Notes under the pieces: model-generated
Databases searched by the model: none
The model's input: the letters and a program-made list of their open reading frames with translations, nothing else
What the model was told of the DNA's origin: nothing
Origin: Candidatus Sericytochromatia bacterium
GTDB lineage: Bacteria; Cyanobacteriota; Sericytochromatia; S15B-MN24; UBA4093
DNA length: 64,000 nt
NCBI GenBank assembly: GCA_036676495.1
Contig: JAKFCT010000052.1
Location: 19,246 to 83,245, forward strand
Reading direction: 5' to 3'
Shown here: piece by piece, positions 8,967 to 18,766 of the stretch
How positions within the stretch are numbered: position 1 is the stretch's first letter
Layout: each line of letters begins with the position of its first letter
Made by a program: the position numbers and the translations under genes

Positions 8967-10021
8967 GCGCCCTTCCCCGCTTCCTGGGGAAGCGTCTCGC
9001 CGGGAACCACTTCGGCCTGGCGGCGCAGCTGGCCGCAGGCGGCCGCGATGTCCGCGCCGCGCTCGACCCGCACCGTGACCGGGAAGCCGGCGGTTTCGAG
9101 GATCTTGGCGAAGGTCTGGATGTCTTGGGGCCGGGACGGCTTGAAGTCGGCGTCCGTGGCGTTGTAGGGGATCAGGTTCACGTGGACGTGAAGGCCGCGC
9201 AGCCACTCGGCCATCTCGCGGGCGAGATCCGGAGTGTCGTTCACGCCTCCGAGCATGACGTACTCGACGGTGATCCGGCGGTGGGTCTTGTCATGGTAGT
9301 CCCGCAGGGCGGTCTTGAGCGCCGCGAGGTTGTAGCGCCGGTTCAGGGGCACCAGGTAGTCGCGTAGCTTGTCGTTGGGCGCATGAAGCGAGAAGGCCAG
9401 GGTCAGCTGAAGGTTCTCCTCGGCGAGCTTCTCAATGCCCGGGACGACCCCCGAGGTCGAGACGGTGAGGTGCCGCATGCCGATGCCCACCTCATGGTTG
9501 AGCAAATGGATGGCTTTCACGGTGGCCTCGTAGTTGTGCAAGGGCTCGCCCATGCCCATGAAGACGACGTTCGTCACGCGATCGCCGCATTCCTTCTGCA
9601 TCAGGGCGACCTGCTCGACGACCTCGCCGGCCGAGAGGTTGCGCTGGAAGCCCGACAATCCCGTCGCGCAGAAGGCGCACTTCACCGCGCAGCCGATCTG
9701 CGTCGACACGCAGACCGAAAGGCCGTACTCGCTGGGCATCAGGACCGACTCGATCATCCCGCAGCCCGAGGAGTCGAAGAGGAACTTGCGCGTCCCGTCC
9801 GAGGCCACCTGGACCTTGGCAACTTGCAGCGCGCCACCCCGGTACCCCTCGGCCTTGAGCTTCTCGCGGAAGGCCTTGGGCAGATCCGTCATGGCGTCGA
9901 GATCGGTCACGCCCTGCTTGTAGAGCCACTTGGCGATCTGGGTTCCCCGGTAGGCGGATTCTCCCAGGCGCTCGGCCAGTTCCTTCAATTCTTGGGCGGT
10001 CAAGCCCATCAACTCAGCCAT
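8963..10021 (-). CDS. rlmN: 23S rRNA m2A2503 radical SAM methyltransferase
   Basis: CAVKCAFC, FMGMGEP, DIAAACGQL. Confidence 0.97.
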   Translation of the reverse strand: MAELMGLTAQELKELAERLGESAYRGTQIAKWLYKQGVTDLDAMTDLPKAFREKLKAEGYRGGALQVAKVQVASDGTRKFLFDSSGCGMIESVLMPSEYGLSVCVSTQIGCAVKCAFCATGLSGFQRNLSAGEVVEQVALMQKECGDRVTNVVFMGMGEPLHNYEATVKAIHLLNHEVGIGMRHLTVSTSGVVPGIEKLAEENLQLTLAFSLHAPNDKLRDYLVPLNRRYNLAALKTALRDYHDKTHRRITVEYVMLGGVNDTPDLAREMAEWLRGLHVHVNLIPYNATDADFKPSRPQDIQTFAKILETAGFPVTVRVERGADIAAACGQLRRQAEVVPGETLPQEAGKGA

Positions 10022-11348
10022 GCTGCCTCTCCAGTCGCGCCACGAAAAATCCCTCAACCCCGTGCCGGTGCGGGACCAGCTGAATCATGCTTCCGCCGTC
10101 CTCGGCGTCTGCGCGCCACGCGTCCGGAAGCCAGCCGCGCAGGTCGCTCGGAGCGAACTCCGGGTGATCCGCGAGGAAACCGCGGATGACGTCCTGGTTC
10201 TCGGCCCGGTTCACCGTGCAGGTCGCATAGACCAGCACGCCTCCCGGCTTCACGTCCGCCGCCGCCGCGTCGAGGATTCGCCGCTGCAGCGCCGGAAGCG
10301 CGTCCACCTCCACGGGCGTCGCCCGCCAGCGCAGGTCCGCCTTGCGGTACATCACCCCGAAGCCCGAACACGGCGCGTCCACCAGGGCCCGATCGACGGG
10401 AATCCCCAGGGGCTGCGTGCCGTCCTGTGTCCGGGCCTCCACGATCGTCACCCCGAGGCGCTTGGCATTCTCGGCGAGGACGCCGAGTCGGCCCTCATGC
10501 GGGTCGACGGCCAGGACGCGGCCTTGGTTGTTCATCAAGGCCGCCAGGTGCGTGGTCTTGCCACCCGGTGCCGCTCCGATGTCCGCGACCGATTCGCCCG
10601 GCTGGGGATCGACGATCTGGCTCACCAGCATCGCCGCCTCACCCTGGACGTACCAGTCTCCCTCATTATAACGCGGGATCCGTGCCAGGGGGACCGCCTC
10701 CGGCAGTCGAACCCCATCGGGATCCACCGGGGACGCTTCCGCCGCGATGCCCAATTCTGCGAGGCGGGCGAGGAAGTCCGCGCGGGTCGTCATGAGGCGG
10801 TTGACCCGCAACGTCAGCGGCAACTGCTGGTTGGCGGAGCGTGCGAGCTCGGTGGCTTCTTCCAGGCCATATTGGTCGACCCAGCGGCGGATCAGCCAAT
10901 CCGGGAGGGAATGCCGGACGCCGAGGGCGGCGATTGGATCGTCCTCGGGGAAGCTCAGCGTCCCGGCTTGCCGTTGCAGGCTTCTGAGGACCCCGTTGGT
11001 CAGCCGGCTCACGCCTTCGTGTCCGAAGCGGCGCGCAAGCTTCACCGCCTCGTTGATCGCGGCATGCGGGGGAATGTCCGTGCAAAGGAGCTGGTAGGCG
11101 CCCATGCGCAGGATGTTCCGGAGGGCGGGGGTGAGCGCGTCGAGCGGTGTCTTGGTGAGGAACTCCGCGAGCACCGTGTCCAACATGCGGCGCATGCGCG
11201 TGACCCCCTGGACCAGGGAGACGATCAGGGCGCGGTCGCGCGGATCCAGGGTGCGGGGCAGAACTTTCAGCGCGAGGTTGGAGTAAGCGCCCTTCGTTTC
11301 GATGGCGATCAGGAGATCGAGGGCAAGCCGGCGGGGGTTAGGGGACAT
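10014..11348 (-). CDS. rsmB: 16S rRNA m5C967 methyltransferase
   Basis: NusB-like N-terminus, AAPGGKT, DAPCSG, YATCT. Confidence 0.95.
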   Translation of the reverse strand: MSPNPRRLALDLLIAIETKGAYSNLALKVLPRTLDPRDRALIVSLVQGVTRMRRMLDTVLAEFLTKTPLDALTPALRNILRMGAYQLLCTDIPPHAAINEAVKLARRFGHEGVSRLTNGVLRSLQRQAGTLSFPEDDPIAALGVRHSLPDWLIRRWVDQYGLEEATELARSANQQLPLTLRVNRLMTTRADFLARLAELGIAAEASPVDPDGVRLPEAVPLARIPRYNEGDWYVQGEAAMLVSQIVDPQPGESVADIGAAPGGKTTHLAALMNNQGRVLAVDPHEGRLGVLAENAKRLGVTIVEARTQDGTQPLGIPVDRALVDAPCSGFGVMYRKADLRWRATPVEVDALPALQRRILDAAAADVKPGGVLVYATCTVNRAENQDVIRGFLADHPEFAPSDLRGWLPDAWRADAEDGGSMIQLVPHRHGVEGFFVARLERQHG

Positions 11349-11429
11349 GGGCCTCCAAATGCACGGGGCGACCCGTAGGCCGCCCCAGAATTCCGATTAG
11401 GGGTATGCGTATTATCGCACGGAAATCGG

Positions 11430-12077
11430 CTAGCGAAGCGTTTCGGCCTCTTGGAGGATGTTGATGATCGCTTCCTTGTCTTCCAGCCAGCGATGGAAGA
11501 GGCCGTTCGGCTTGATGGGATCCTCGCCCAGGACCCACTTCCAGACGATGGGGAAGAGGCGCTTCCAGAGGAAGCCCGCGGGAAGGCCGGCGACGCCCTG
11601 CGAGAGCATGCCGTAGATGACGGCCTTCGCGAGATCCTCGCGGCTGAAGTTGGAGCCCGTGTGGTTGTTCTTGTACCAGAAGTAGGCCCGGGTGCCGCCG
11701 TAGATCATCCGGACGGCGACCCAGACCAGGCGCCAGCTCTGGATCTGGCTGTCCTGGTAGTCGAGCTCGGCGACGTACTCGCCGGCCCGGAACGTGACCT
11801 TGCCGGTCGACGGCGTCCGGGTGAAGTCGTACTGGACGGGACCGCCCTCGGGCGTCACCAGGGTCACGACCGCGCCGCGGACGGTGACCTTGCCCTGACC
11901 CTCGAGCGTGACCGCGAAGCGCTGCGCCATGTCGGTGGACTTGACGGACGCGGCGGACAGCGAGTTATCGGTGGACTTTTGGCCGTAGGCGGTCGGCAGT
12001 TGGCCGCAACCAGCCAACGGCAGGGTCACGAGCGAGCAAGCGAGCAGGATGCGAAGGCCGGAATGGACGCTGGGCAT
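11430..12077 (-). CDS. Hypothetical lipoprotein
   Basis: Signal with LAGC lipobox; AAAGGAGA RBS; Trp-rich amphipathic C-terminal half. Confidence 0.8.
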   Translation of the reverse strand: MPSVHSGLRILLACSLVTLPLAGCGQLPTAYGQKSTDNSLSAASVKSTDMAQRFAVTLEGQGKVTVRGAVVTLVTPEGGPVQYDFTRTPSTGKVTFRAGEYVAELDYQDSQIQSWRLVWVAVRMIYGGTRAYFWYKNNHTGSNFSREDLAKAVIYGMLSQGVAGLPAGFLWKRLFPIVWKWVLGEDPIKPNGLFHRWLEDKEAIINILQEAETLR

Positions 12078-12245
12078 GAGGGCGCTCTCCTTTGAGGGGC
12101 TCGGACGGAGCTTTACTTAAATTTAATCCAAAGTTAAGCATAGCGGATTTGGTTCACGAAAGCAACCGCTCGCTATAATCGGGGGGTCCCCTGTTCCCCA
12201 GCGGCGCCTCCGGCCGGTTGGGGCCTCCTTTGAAAGTAAATTCGC

Positions 12246-12770
12246 ATGACGCATCCGCTTCGCATCGCGCTGGTCGAGCCCGAAATTCCCCCCAATACCG
12301 GCAATATCTCTCGGCTCTGCGCCGGTCTCGACGTTCCCCTGGATCTGGTGGGGCGGCTGGGGTTCGATATCTCCGAGCGCTCGATTCGGCGGGCGGGCCT
12401 GGATTACTGGGAGCACGTGAAGCTGACGCATCACAAGCACTGGGATGCCTTCAAGGAAGCTTTGGGAAAGACGCCCGAGTCGGGCCCGCGCTTCATCTAC
12501 ACGTCGGCGTTCGCGGAGGCGCTCTACACCGAGGTGGAGTACCAGCCGGGGGACGTCTTGCTATTCGGTCGGGAGTCGAAGGGGCTGGATCCGCGTCTCT
12601 GGGAGGAGACGCCGGGACTTTTGGTGAGGATCCCGCACTGGGGGCCGGTGCGGAGCCTGAATCTCTCGAACGCGGCGGCGGTCGTGGCCTACGAGGCGAT
12701 GCGCCAGCTTCGCGAGCGGGGGCTGGTTCCTCCGCCGATTCCGCGGGCTGCAGACAAGCCACGGGACTGA
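12246..12770 (+). CDS. trmL: tRNA (cytidine/uridine-34 2'-O)-methyltransferase
   Basis: EPEIPPNTGNI, RRAGLDYW, FGRESKGL, RSLNLSN. Confidence 0.95.
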   Translation: MTHPLRIALVEPEIPPNTGNISRLCAGLDVPLDLVGRLGFDISERSIRRAGLDYWEHVKLTHHKHWDAFKEALGKTPESGPRFIYTSAFAEALYTEVEYQPGDVLLFGRESKGLDPRLWEETPGLLVRIPHWGPVRSLNLSNAAAVVAYEAMRQLRERGLVPPPIPRAADKPRD

Positions 12771-12773
12771 GAC

Positions 12774-14138
12774 CTAGAGCGGCAGGCGGGAGTAGTCGAT
12801 GCGGCCGTAGCCGAAGTTGCGGTCGCGGCCGCGCGGCCCGAGGTCGACGCAGGCGGCGAAGAGCGCCCGCTCGATTTGCTCGACGGTCCAGTCGGGGTGG
12901 GCCGCCCAGAGGAGGGCGGCGGCTCCCGAGACGAAGGGAGCGGCCATCGACGTCCCGCTCATGATCTTGTAGCTGCGGTTCGGGATGGTCGAGAGGATGT
13001 CGGCGCCGGGCGCCGAGAGGGTGATCTCGGGGCCCGAGTTGCTGAACGAGGCCAGTTGCTCGTAGCCGGAGGCGGTTTGTTCGGTCGCGCTGACGGCGAT
13101 CGCCCCCGGCGAGTTGGCCGGCAGCCCCACCTTGCCGCGGTCGTTGCCGGCGGCCACCACCACCACGGCGCCCTTCTTGCGGGCGTACTCGATGGCCAGG
13201 TCGAAGAGCGGATTGGACGATTCCGACGGGCGGCTGAAACTCAGGTTGAGCACCTTGGCCCCCATCTCCACGGCGTACTTGATGCCGGCCAGGGCCGCGA
13301 AGTCCGTGCCTCCCTTCTCGTCCATGATCTTCACCGGCAGGATCTCGGCGTCCCAGGCCACTCCCGCGATGCCCAAGCCGTTGTTGCCGGTGGCGGCCAG
13401 GATCCCCGCCACGTGCGTGCCGTGTCCCGAGAGGTCCTTGGAGTCGCCGTTGCTGTCGTTGAAGTTGTAGCCGAGTTCCCAGCGGACGCGGCCTTGCAAC
13501 TCGGGATGGTAGGGATCGACGCCCGTGTCGATCACGGCAATCCGCACCCCCTTGGCGCTCTTGCCCCGGCCCCAGACGCTGCTCGGCCGGGTCACGTTCT
13601 CGGCGAACGCCCAGACTTCTCCGAGCATGGGATCGTTCGGGCGGTAGGCCGACGGCAGGAAGCGGGGAGCGCGCCACGGCAAGGCCATCGTCTCCCGGTG
13701 CGGGGAAATCAGCATCACCGCCGGATGCGCCTGGAAGGCCGCGATCCCTTCCTCGATCGTCGCTCCCTTCGGAAGCTTGACGACCAGGACCTCGTTGTCG
13801 AAGGCCACCCGGCCGATGATCTGCGGCTCCTGCCCGCGGATCTGCGGCATCGGCACCAGCGGCCAGTGCTCACCCGGCTTCAGGGCGATCATCAGCTGCC
13901 CGCGCTCGCCTTGGGCGGGGACCGTGATCTGGTGATCCTTCGGATCGATCTGCGAGGCCGGCGGAGTGGCCGGCGGAGGCATCGGCGTCAAGGGGAAGTT
14001 GAAGGAGCAGCCTGCCAATAGGACGGCCAAGCCGCTCAGCAGGACGGAGGGCTTTTGGGGACGCCCGGCGCCCCTCGGCTCCGTGACGCCGGAGGGCCGC
14101 TTGGAACGGCCTTTCGGACCGGCAAAAGGGCACATCAC
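12774..14138 (-). CDS. S8 subtilisin-like serine protease, lipoprotein
   Basis: IAVIDTG, HGTHVAG, SGTSMAAP triad; LAGC lipobox; start uncertain. Confidence 0.92.
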   Translation of the reverse strand: MMCPFAGPKGRSKRPSGVTEPRGAGRPQKPSVLLSGLAVLLAGCSFNFPLTPMPPPATPPASQIDPKDHQITVPAQGERGQLMIALKPGEHWPLVPMPQIRGQEPQIIGRVAFDNEVLVVKLPKGATIEEGIAAFQAHPAVMLISPHRETMALPWRAPRFLPSAYRPNDPMLGEVWAFAENVTRPSSVWGRGKSAKGVRIAVIDTGVDPYHPELQGRVRWELGYNFNDSNGDSKDLSGHGTHVAGILAATGNNGLGIAGVAWDAEILPVKIMDEKGGTDFAALAGIKYAVEMGAKVLNLSFSRPSESSNPLFDLAIEYARKKGAVVVVAAGNDRGKVGLPANSPGAIAVSATEQTASGYEQLASFSNSGPEITLSAPGADILSTIPNRSYKIMSGTSMAAPFVSGAAALLWAAHPDWTVEQIERALFAACVDLGPRGRDRNFGYGRIDYSRLPL

Positions 14139-14498
14139 ACCCTCCCTCCCCCAGGCCGGCGTGCCGACCTGTGCGTAGCTGGAGCGAGAGCGGCGGCCAC
14201 CGCGCGGAAAGCCCGGGGCTTTCCCGTCGCTTTGATCGTGGCTGATCCGTTGCGTTTATCGTTGCTTGACCGTCTTTCCGAGTGCTTGCCTGGTGCATGC
14301 CCGTGGCTGCCGGTTCACGCTCACCCACACCGCTTCTCCCTCACCCTAACGCGAAGGAGGCGGGTAGGCGTAGGCCGCCCGCGAGAAAAGCATGGTCGAA
14401 AGGGGAGGCCAGGGAGCAAGCAACGGTCCGGGAGAACCGAAAGGCCGGGCATCGCCCGGCCTCTCGAGAACGCTTGGTTGGCAGGTAGGGATCCCGGA

Positions 14499-14792
14499 CT
14501 AGTCCACGCAGCCGCGCTCGGCGCCGCCCACGCCGGCCGTCTGGACCAGACCCTTCTCCACGAGGAAGGCTTCGAGCTCGTCCCCGCCGATGTCCGCCAG
14601 CATCTGGCCGTCGATCTCCACGCACGGAGACAACGGCTGACCGCTCTTGGCCACCATTTCCTGGTAATTCGTCCGGTTGTTGATGATGTCCTTGTCCTCG
14701 AACTCGAGGCCATGCTTCCGGAGCACCTCGCGGACGCCGGCGGACCACCCGCAAACGGGCTTGAGATATGCAACAATCTTGGGCTGTGCCAT
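14499..14792 (-). CDS. Glutaredoxin-like protein (monothiol CGWS)
   Basis: KPVCGWS, SGQPLSPCVEIDG; AGGAGG RBS. Confidence 0.85.
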   Translation of the reverse strand: MAQPKIVAYLKPVCGWSAGVREVLRKHGLEFEDKDIINNRTNYQEMVAKSGQPLSPCVEIDGQMLADIGGDELEAFLVEKGLVQTAGVGGAERGCVD

Positions 14793-14893
14793 GGTTATTC
14801 CTCCTAGAGCAAGGTAATGGGCTTTGCTCTCCCGCGGTCTTGCGCCAACGTCGTCGGCGCGAAACGGACTATGCCTTCAAGTGTAGCACGCCC

Positions 14894-16003
14894 TCACCTG
14901 TCGTCGGGCATCCAGGGGAATCCCGCGCTCGGGCGCGTCACGAACGTTCCCGGCTGCGCTCCGGCCATCACCCAGAGCGCCTCCGCCCCCGGATAGCCAG
15001 CCAGGACGCGGCTTCCCGCCTCCGGGCCCAGGACGTAGAGGGTCGTGGAGAGGGCGTCCGCCGTCTCCGCGTCGGGGGCCAGCACCGTCACGCTCACGAT
15101 CCCCTGCACCGGCCGGCCCGTTCGCGGATCGATCACATGCCCGAAGCGCACGCCGTCCTTCCAGAAACCGCGTTCGGCATCCCCGGAGGTCGAGACGCTC
15201 CCCGTGCGCAGCGAGGTCCACCCCAGCACCTCGCCTTCCAGGCGCGGATGGCGGACGCCGAAGATCCAGGAATCGCCCCCGGGGGGCTCTCCCCAGACGC
15301 GCTGATTGCCTCCCGCATCCACCCGGGCGGTGGTCATGCCCCGATCCCGCAGGATCTGCACGGCCCGGTCCACGGCGTACCCCTTGGCGATCGCCCCCAG
15401 GTCCAGCTCGAGGCCGGGCCGCCGGAAGCGGATGCCGCGCCGCGCATCGACCTGCACCTCCGCGAAGCCCACCCGCTTCCGGGCCTCGCCGATAGCGGCC
15501 TCTGCCGGGACCCGGTAATCCAGGTGCTTGAAGCCCCAGATCTTGACCAACGGGCCGACCGTCGGGTCGAACGCTCCCCCGCTCGCACGGGAGTACGCCA
15601 GGGATCGCTCCACGAGGTTCCGGGTCTCGGCGCTGACGGCGACCCAGCCGTGGCCTCCCTCCCGGTTGAGGCGGGAAAGCTCGGAATCGGCGCGGTAGGT
15701 GCTCAGCAGGCGGTCGAGGCGCCCGATCTCCGCGAAGGCCGCTTCCATGGCGGCGGCGGCCTCGGGCCCGCGCGCCTGCACCGTCCAGAGCGTGCCCATG
15801 TGATAGCGAACCTGCTCGACGCTTTGTACGGAGGTCGGCGTTGCGGACGGTCGCGCAGCGGGAGACGGGGCCGGGGCGGCCATGGCGGGAATCGCTCCCA
15901 GTAGGGCCGGCCCCACGGGGGCCATTTCCGCTGGGACCCGTCCCGCTGGGATCAGTCCCGCGAGCGTGAGGCTCAGCGCGGCGACGAGCCCCCCGCGTCT
16001 CAT
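14894..16003 (-). CDS. apbE: FAD:protein FMN transferase
   Basis: MGT, GAFDPTVGPL..WGF, LDLGAIAKGYAVD, STSGD, HVIDPRTG, ADALST. Confidence 0.95.
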   Translation of the reverse strand: MRRGGLVAALSLTLAGLIPAGRVPAEMAPVGPALLGAIPAMAAPAPSPAARPSATPTSVQSVEQVRYHMGTLWTVQARGPEAAAAMEAAFAEIGRLDRLLSTYRADSELSRLNREGGHGWVAVSAETRNLVERSLAYSRASGGAFDPTVGPLVKIWGFKHLDYRVPAEAAIGEARKRVGFAEVQVDARRGIRFRRPGLELDLGAIAKGYAVDRAVQILRDRGMTTARVDAGGNQRVWGEPPGGDSWIFGVRHPRLEGEVLGWTSLRTGSVSTSGDAERGFWKDGVRFGHVIDPRTGRPVQGIVSVTVLAPDAETADALSTTLYVLGPEAGSRVLAGYPGAEALWVMAGAQPGTFVTRPSAGFPWMPDDR

Positions 16004-16743
16004 ACGGCGGCCTTTTCCCGTGCAGGGGCCGCGGCGGCTTTCCTGCGGGCGAGCCGGCGGCGAATCTCCCGGCCGAAGAACAAGAAGTATCCGCTCAAGA
16101 CCAGCACGATGAGCGAGCCCGAGACCGCATCCGTGATGGGGACGCCGTAGCTGCCCCAGAAGCGGCCGTCATGCAGGTCGTAAATCAGTTGAATCGCGGC
16201 GTTGGCCTTGGGGGCCGGCGGAGCCGAGCCCACGCTCTCCCAGTCGCTTCCGCGTTGCCGGTAGAGGCCTGCGGTCGTCGCCAAGGTCACCTGTCCCTGG
16301 GCGTCCAGGGACAGGCCCGCGAGGTGGGTGCCCTCGGGAGGGTAAAACGGCAGCGCGACCTCTTCCCAGATATCCCCGTGATCGTCGGAGCGATAGAGCC
16401 CGATTTCCCGGAACGCGACGTAGACCCGGCCTGCCGTGCGGGGATCGAACTGGATGGCGCCGACTTGTTCGGCGGGAACCGGCAGAACGATTTCTTCCCA
16501 GTTCTTCCCGCCGTCCAAGGAGCGGAAGAAGCCGTCGTTCGTTCCCATGAGGATCCGCTGGGGATCGCTCGGGTCGACGGCCGTGGAGAGGACGTACTTG
16601 GAGAACGGTCCGTCGCTCGTCACGGGAGAGCGGCGGAACCAGTCCTGGTGATTGAGTCCGATGGCCGTCCCGGCGGCCACCAGGATCAGCAGGCCCGCGA
16701 TCAGGCCCAGCCAGCGGTGGAGCAGGAGCATGTTCTTGGTCAA
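16000..16743 (-). CDS. PepSY-associated TM protein with BNR-like periplasmic insert
   Basis: LHRWLGL N-terminal and DLHDGRFWG C-terminal PepSY-TM motifs; SLDGGKNW and SDDHGDIW Asp-boxes. Confidence 0.85.
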   Translation of the reverse strand: MTKNMLLLHRWLGLIAGLLILVAAGTAIGLNHQDWFRRSPVTSDGPFSKYVLSTAVDPSDPQRILMGTNDGFFRSLDGGKNWEEIVLPVPAEQVGAIQFDPRTAGRVYVAFREIGLYRSDDHGDIWEEVALPFYPPEGTHLAGLSLDAQGQVTLATTAGLYRQRGSDWESVGSAPPAPKANAAIQLIYDLHDGRFWGSYGVPITDAVSGSLIVLVLSGYFLFFGREIRRRLARRKAAAAPAREKAAV

Positions 16744-16752
16744 GGCATCCTC

Positions 16753-17313
16753 CTAGGGCTTGACGAGCGTTTCGAAGATGACGAGGGCCTTCTTGACGCC
16801 GGCCGCGATGGACCAAGACGAGACGGTGGCTCCCGTCAGGTGGGTGATGTCCCGGTTGACCATGAGCGGATCGGAACTGGACTTGCCCTCGAACTGGTTG
16901 AGGAAGCGCCCGCGCCGCACCGCGTCCCCGCGGCGCTCGCGGTAGACCATGACGGCCACTTCGCGCACCTCCCCGTTGGGCTTGATCCCCACGATGAAGG
17001 TGATGGGGTAGTACTTGCCGATCTCGTCGACCACCAGCGCGTAGCCGAGGGTCTTGCCGCCACGGGTTCCCTCGTGGAACACGTAGGCCTTCTCCTCGAG
17101 GCGACGGCCGAGCCGGCGCTCCATTTGCTTGCGCTCCTCGGCCGTCGGGGTGACGGGGCGAGGCGTGACCTTCTCGGCGTCCGGAATCGCGACGCGCAGG
17201 GCCTGATCCTGGGTCAGATAGACCTGCTCGTAGTGTTCAGGAGTTTCTGCGAGCGCCGGGCGGGTCGCCAGGCAAGCAAGCAGAAGGGTACCGAAGAGGA
17301 ATCGCCTCGCCAT
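16753..17313 (-). CDS. Exported FMN-binding protein (ApbE substrate)
   Basis: Signal peptide; DITHLTGATVSS flavinylation-type motif; YRERRG, FLNQFEGK. Confidence 0.88.
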   Translation of the reverse strand: MARRFLFGTLLLACLATRPALAETPEHYEQVYLTQDQALRVAIPDAEKVTPRPVTPTAEERKQMERRLGRRLEEKAYVFHEGTRGGKTLGYALVVDEIGKYYPITFIVGIKPNGEVREVAVMVYRERRGDAVRRGRFLNQFEGKSSSDPLMVNRDITHLTGATVSSWSIAAGVKKALVIFETLVKP

Positions 17314-17327
17314 GTCTGGATCCTTTC

Positions 17328-18554
17328 CTAGAAGCCGACCGCCACCGAGCTCCAGATGGCATCATCGACCTTGCCCGTCGCGGGCTCGTTGATGCGCTGC
17401 CATTCGAGCTTGGTCACGAAGGTCGGGATGGGCCGGTAGTTGAGGCCGATCACGGTCTCGTTCTTGTTGTTCTTGTCGTAGACGGCCTGGTCGGTGTCGG
17501 CCTGGCCGAAGCGGCCCACCAGCGTGAAGGTCGCCTGATCGTAGCCGCCGGCGCGCCCGAGGAAGGTGTTGTTGAGGAACTCGGGGAAGAAGTGCTGGCG
17601 ACCCTCGACGTACCAGCCCTGCATGGAGCCGGGAATGACGGTGGGGGTGGCGCCCGGGGCGGAGCCGGGGGCCAGGTAGGAGCCGCCGTCGGTCTGAATG
17701 TTGGCGTACTCCCCGATCAGCTCGAAGGATCCGAGGGTCAAGGAGTTGTCGAGGCCGAGCATGGTGAGGCGGCGGGAGTTGGCGGGATCGTAACTGCCGG
17801 TGTAGCCGTTGAGGCCGAGCTCCCAACCGAGCCAGGGGCTGATGCCCACGCGTCCGGAGAGCGCCTTGTTGCCGTTGTTGTCGTTCTTGAAGCCCGGACG
17901 AGCCTTGCGGATGCCGTCCGTGGCGCTGATGGCGTCGGTGAGGCCGTTGGTGACGTAGGCCTCGTAGCTCAGCATCATGTCGTCGGTGGGGTAGAAGATG
18001 CCGTGCACGCCGGTACCCGCGTCCATCCAGGTGCTGGGGATGATGGTCGAGGCCATGAGGGGGCGGGTGGTGGTGTCGCGGACGTCCGAGTCGTGGAGGA
18101 CGTTGACGATGCCGAAGGGGATGAGCACGATGCCCGAGCGGAAGTTGAGCGCGTCGTTGACCTTGTAGTCGGCCCATGCCTGCTCGATCTTGAGCTCGCC
18201 CGTCTTGTCGAGGGCGTTGATGGCGCCGCCATACTCGTACTCGATCTCGGTGTTGAACATCAGGTTCTCGTGCAGGTAGCTGGAGACCTGGAGGATCAGC
18301 CGGTGCTGGTTGAACGTGCTGTAGCCGCTGGTGAGGGGCTGCTTGAACTCGACGTCGTAGTAGCCGCCGACGCGGGTCTGGGTGCTGCGGTCGAAGGCCG
18401 TGATGCTGCGGCCGCCGGGGCCCTGCAGGGTCGTGATGGCCTCGGGAGCGGCAGCGGCCGGGGCTGCAGGAGCCGGAGTGGTCTTCATTTGCGCCATGGC
18501 GGGGCTGGCGATCGCCAGGCTCAAGGCGGCAAGGGCATAGAGGGGCTTGCGCAT
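17328..18554 (-). CDS. Outer-membrane porin-like beta-barrel protein
   Basis: Signal peptide, FNTEIEYEYG, IEQAWADY, IIPSTW, C-terminal Phe (VAVGF). Confidence 0.85.
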   Translation of the reverse strand: MRKPLYALAALSLAIASPAMAQMKTTPAPAAPAAAAPEAITTLQGPGGRSITAFDRSTQTRVGGYYDVEFKQPLTSGYSTFNQHRLILQVSSYLHENLMFNTEIEYEYGGAINALDKTGELKIEQAWADYKVNDALNFRSGIVLIPFGIVNVLHDSDVRDTTTRPLMASTIIPSTWMDAGTGVHGIFYPTDDMMLSYEAYVTNGLTDAISATDGIRKARPGFKNDNNGNKALSGRVGISPWLGWELGLNGYTGSYDPANSRRLTMLGLDNSLTLGSFELIGEYANIQTDGGSYLAPGSAPGATPTVIPGSMQGWYVEGRQHFFPEFLNNTFLGRAGGYDQATFTLVGRFGQADTDQAVYDKNNKNETVIGLNYRPIPTFVTKLEWQRINEPATGKVDDAIWSSVAVGF

Positions 18555-18590
18555 GTCGGGATCCTTTCGAGGATGAGAGTTCGACGCGTT

Positions 18591-18605
18591 TGAGAATCAT
18601 TCTCA
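18591..18605. promoter_or_regulatory. Fur-type box 1 (perfect 7-1-7 palindrome)
   Basis: TGAGAAT-C-ATTCTCA, 36 nt upstream of porin start. Confidence 0.8.
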
Positions 18606-18628
18606 GCGGATCCCAAGGTAGCGCTAAC

Positions 18629-18643
18629 TGAGAATAACTGTCA
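18629..18643. promoter_or_regulatory. Fur-type box 2 (degenerate)
   Basis: TGAGAAT-A-ACTGTCA. Confidence 0.55.
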
Positions 18644-18716
18644 ATTAGTCTTGGATTAAGGATTGTATCGGACCTCGGAGGACCGCCTGGCCGCCAGCCG
18701 GGCCATGGCCCCCCAG

Positions 18717-18755
18717 GACGCGGCCCCGCCCCCTTCAAGGGGGCGGGGCCGCGTC
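18717..18755 (-). terminator. GC-rich palindrome / hairpin after TPR gene
   Basis: GACGCGGCCCCGCCCCCTT-C-AAGGGGGCGGGGCCGCGTC (19-nt arms). Confidence 0.65.
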
Positions 18756-18766
18756 GATCCGAGGCG

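Noticed and set aside
14140-14498. Long intergenic region with hairpins as a possible ncRNA or riboswitch
   Set aside because: No Rfam-type consensus recognised by eye; hairpins are explainable as terminators; an Infernal search would be needed
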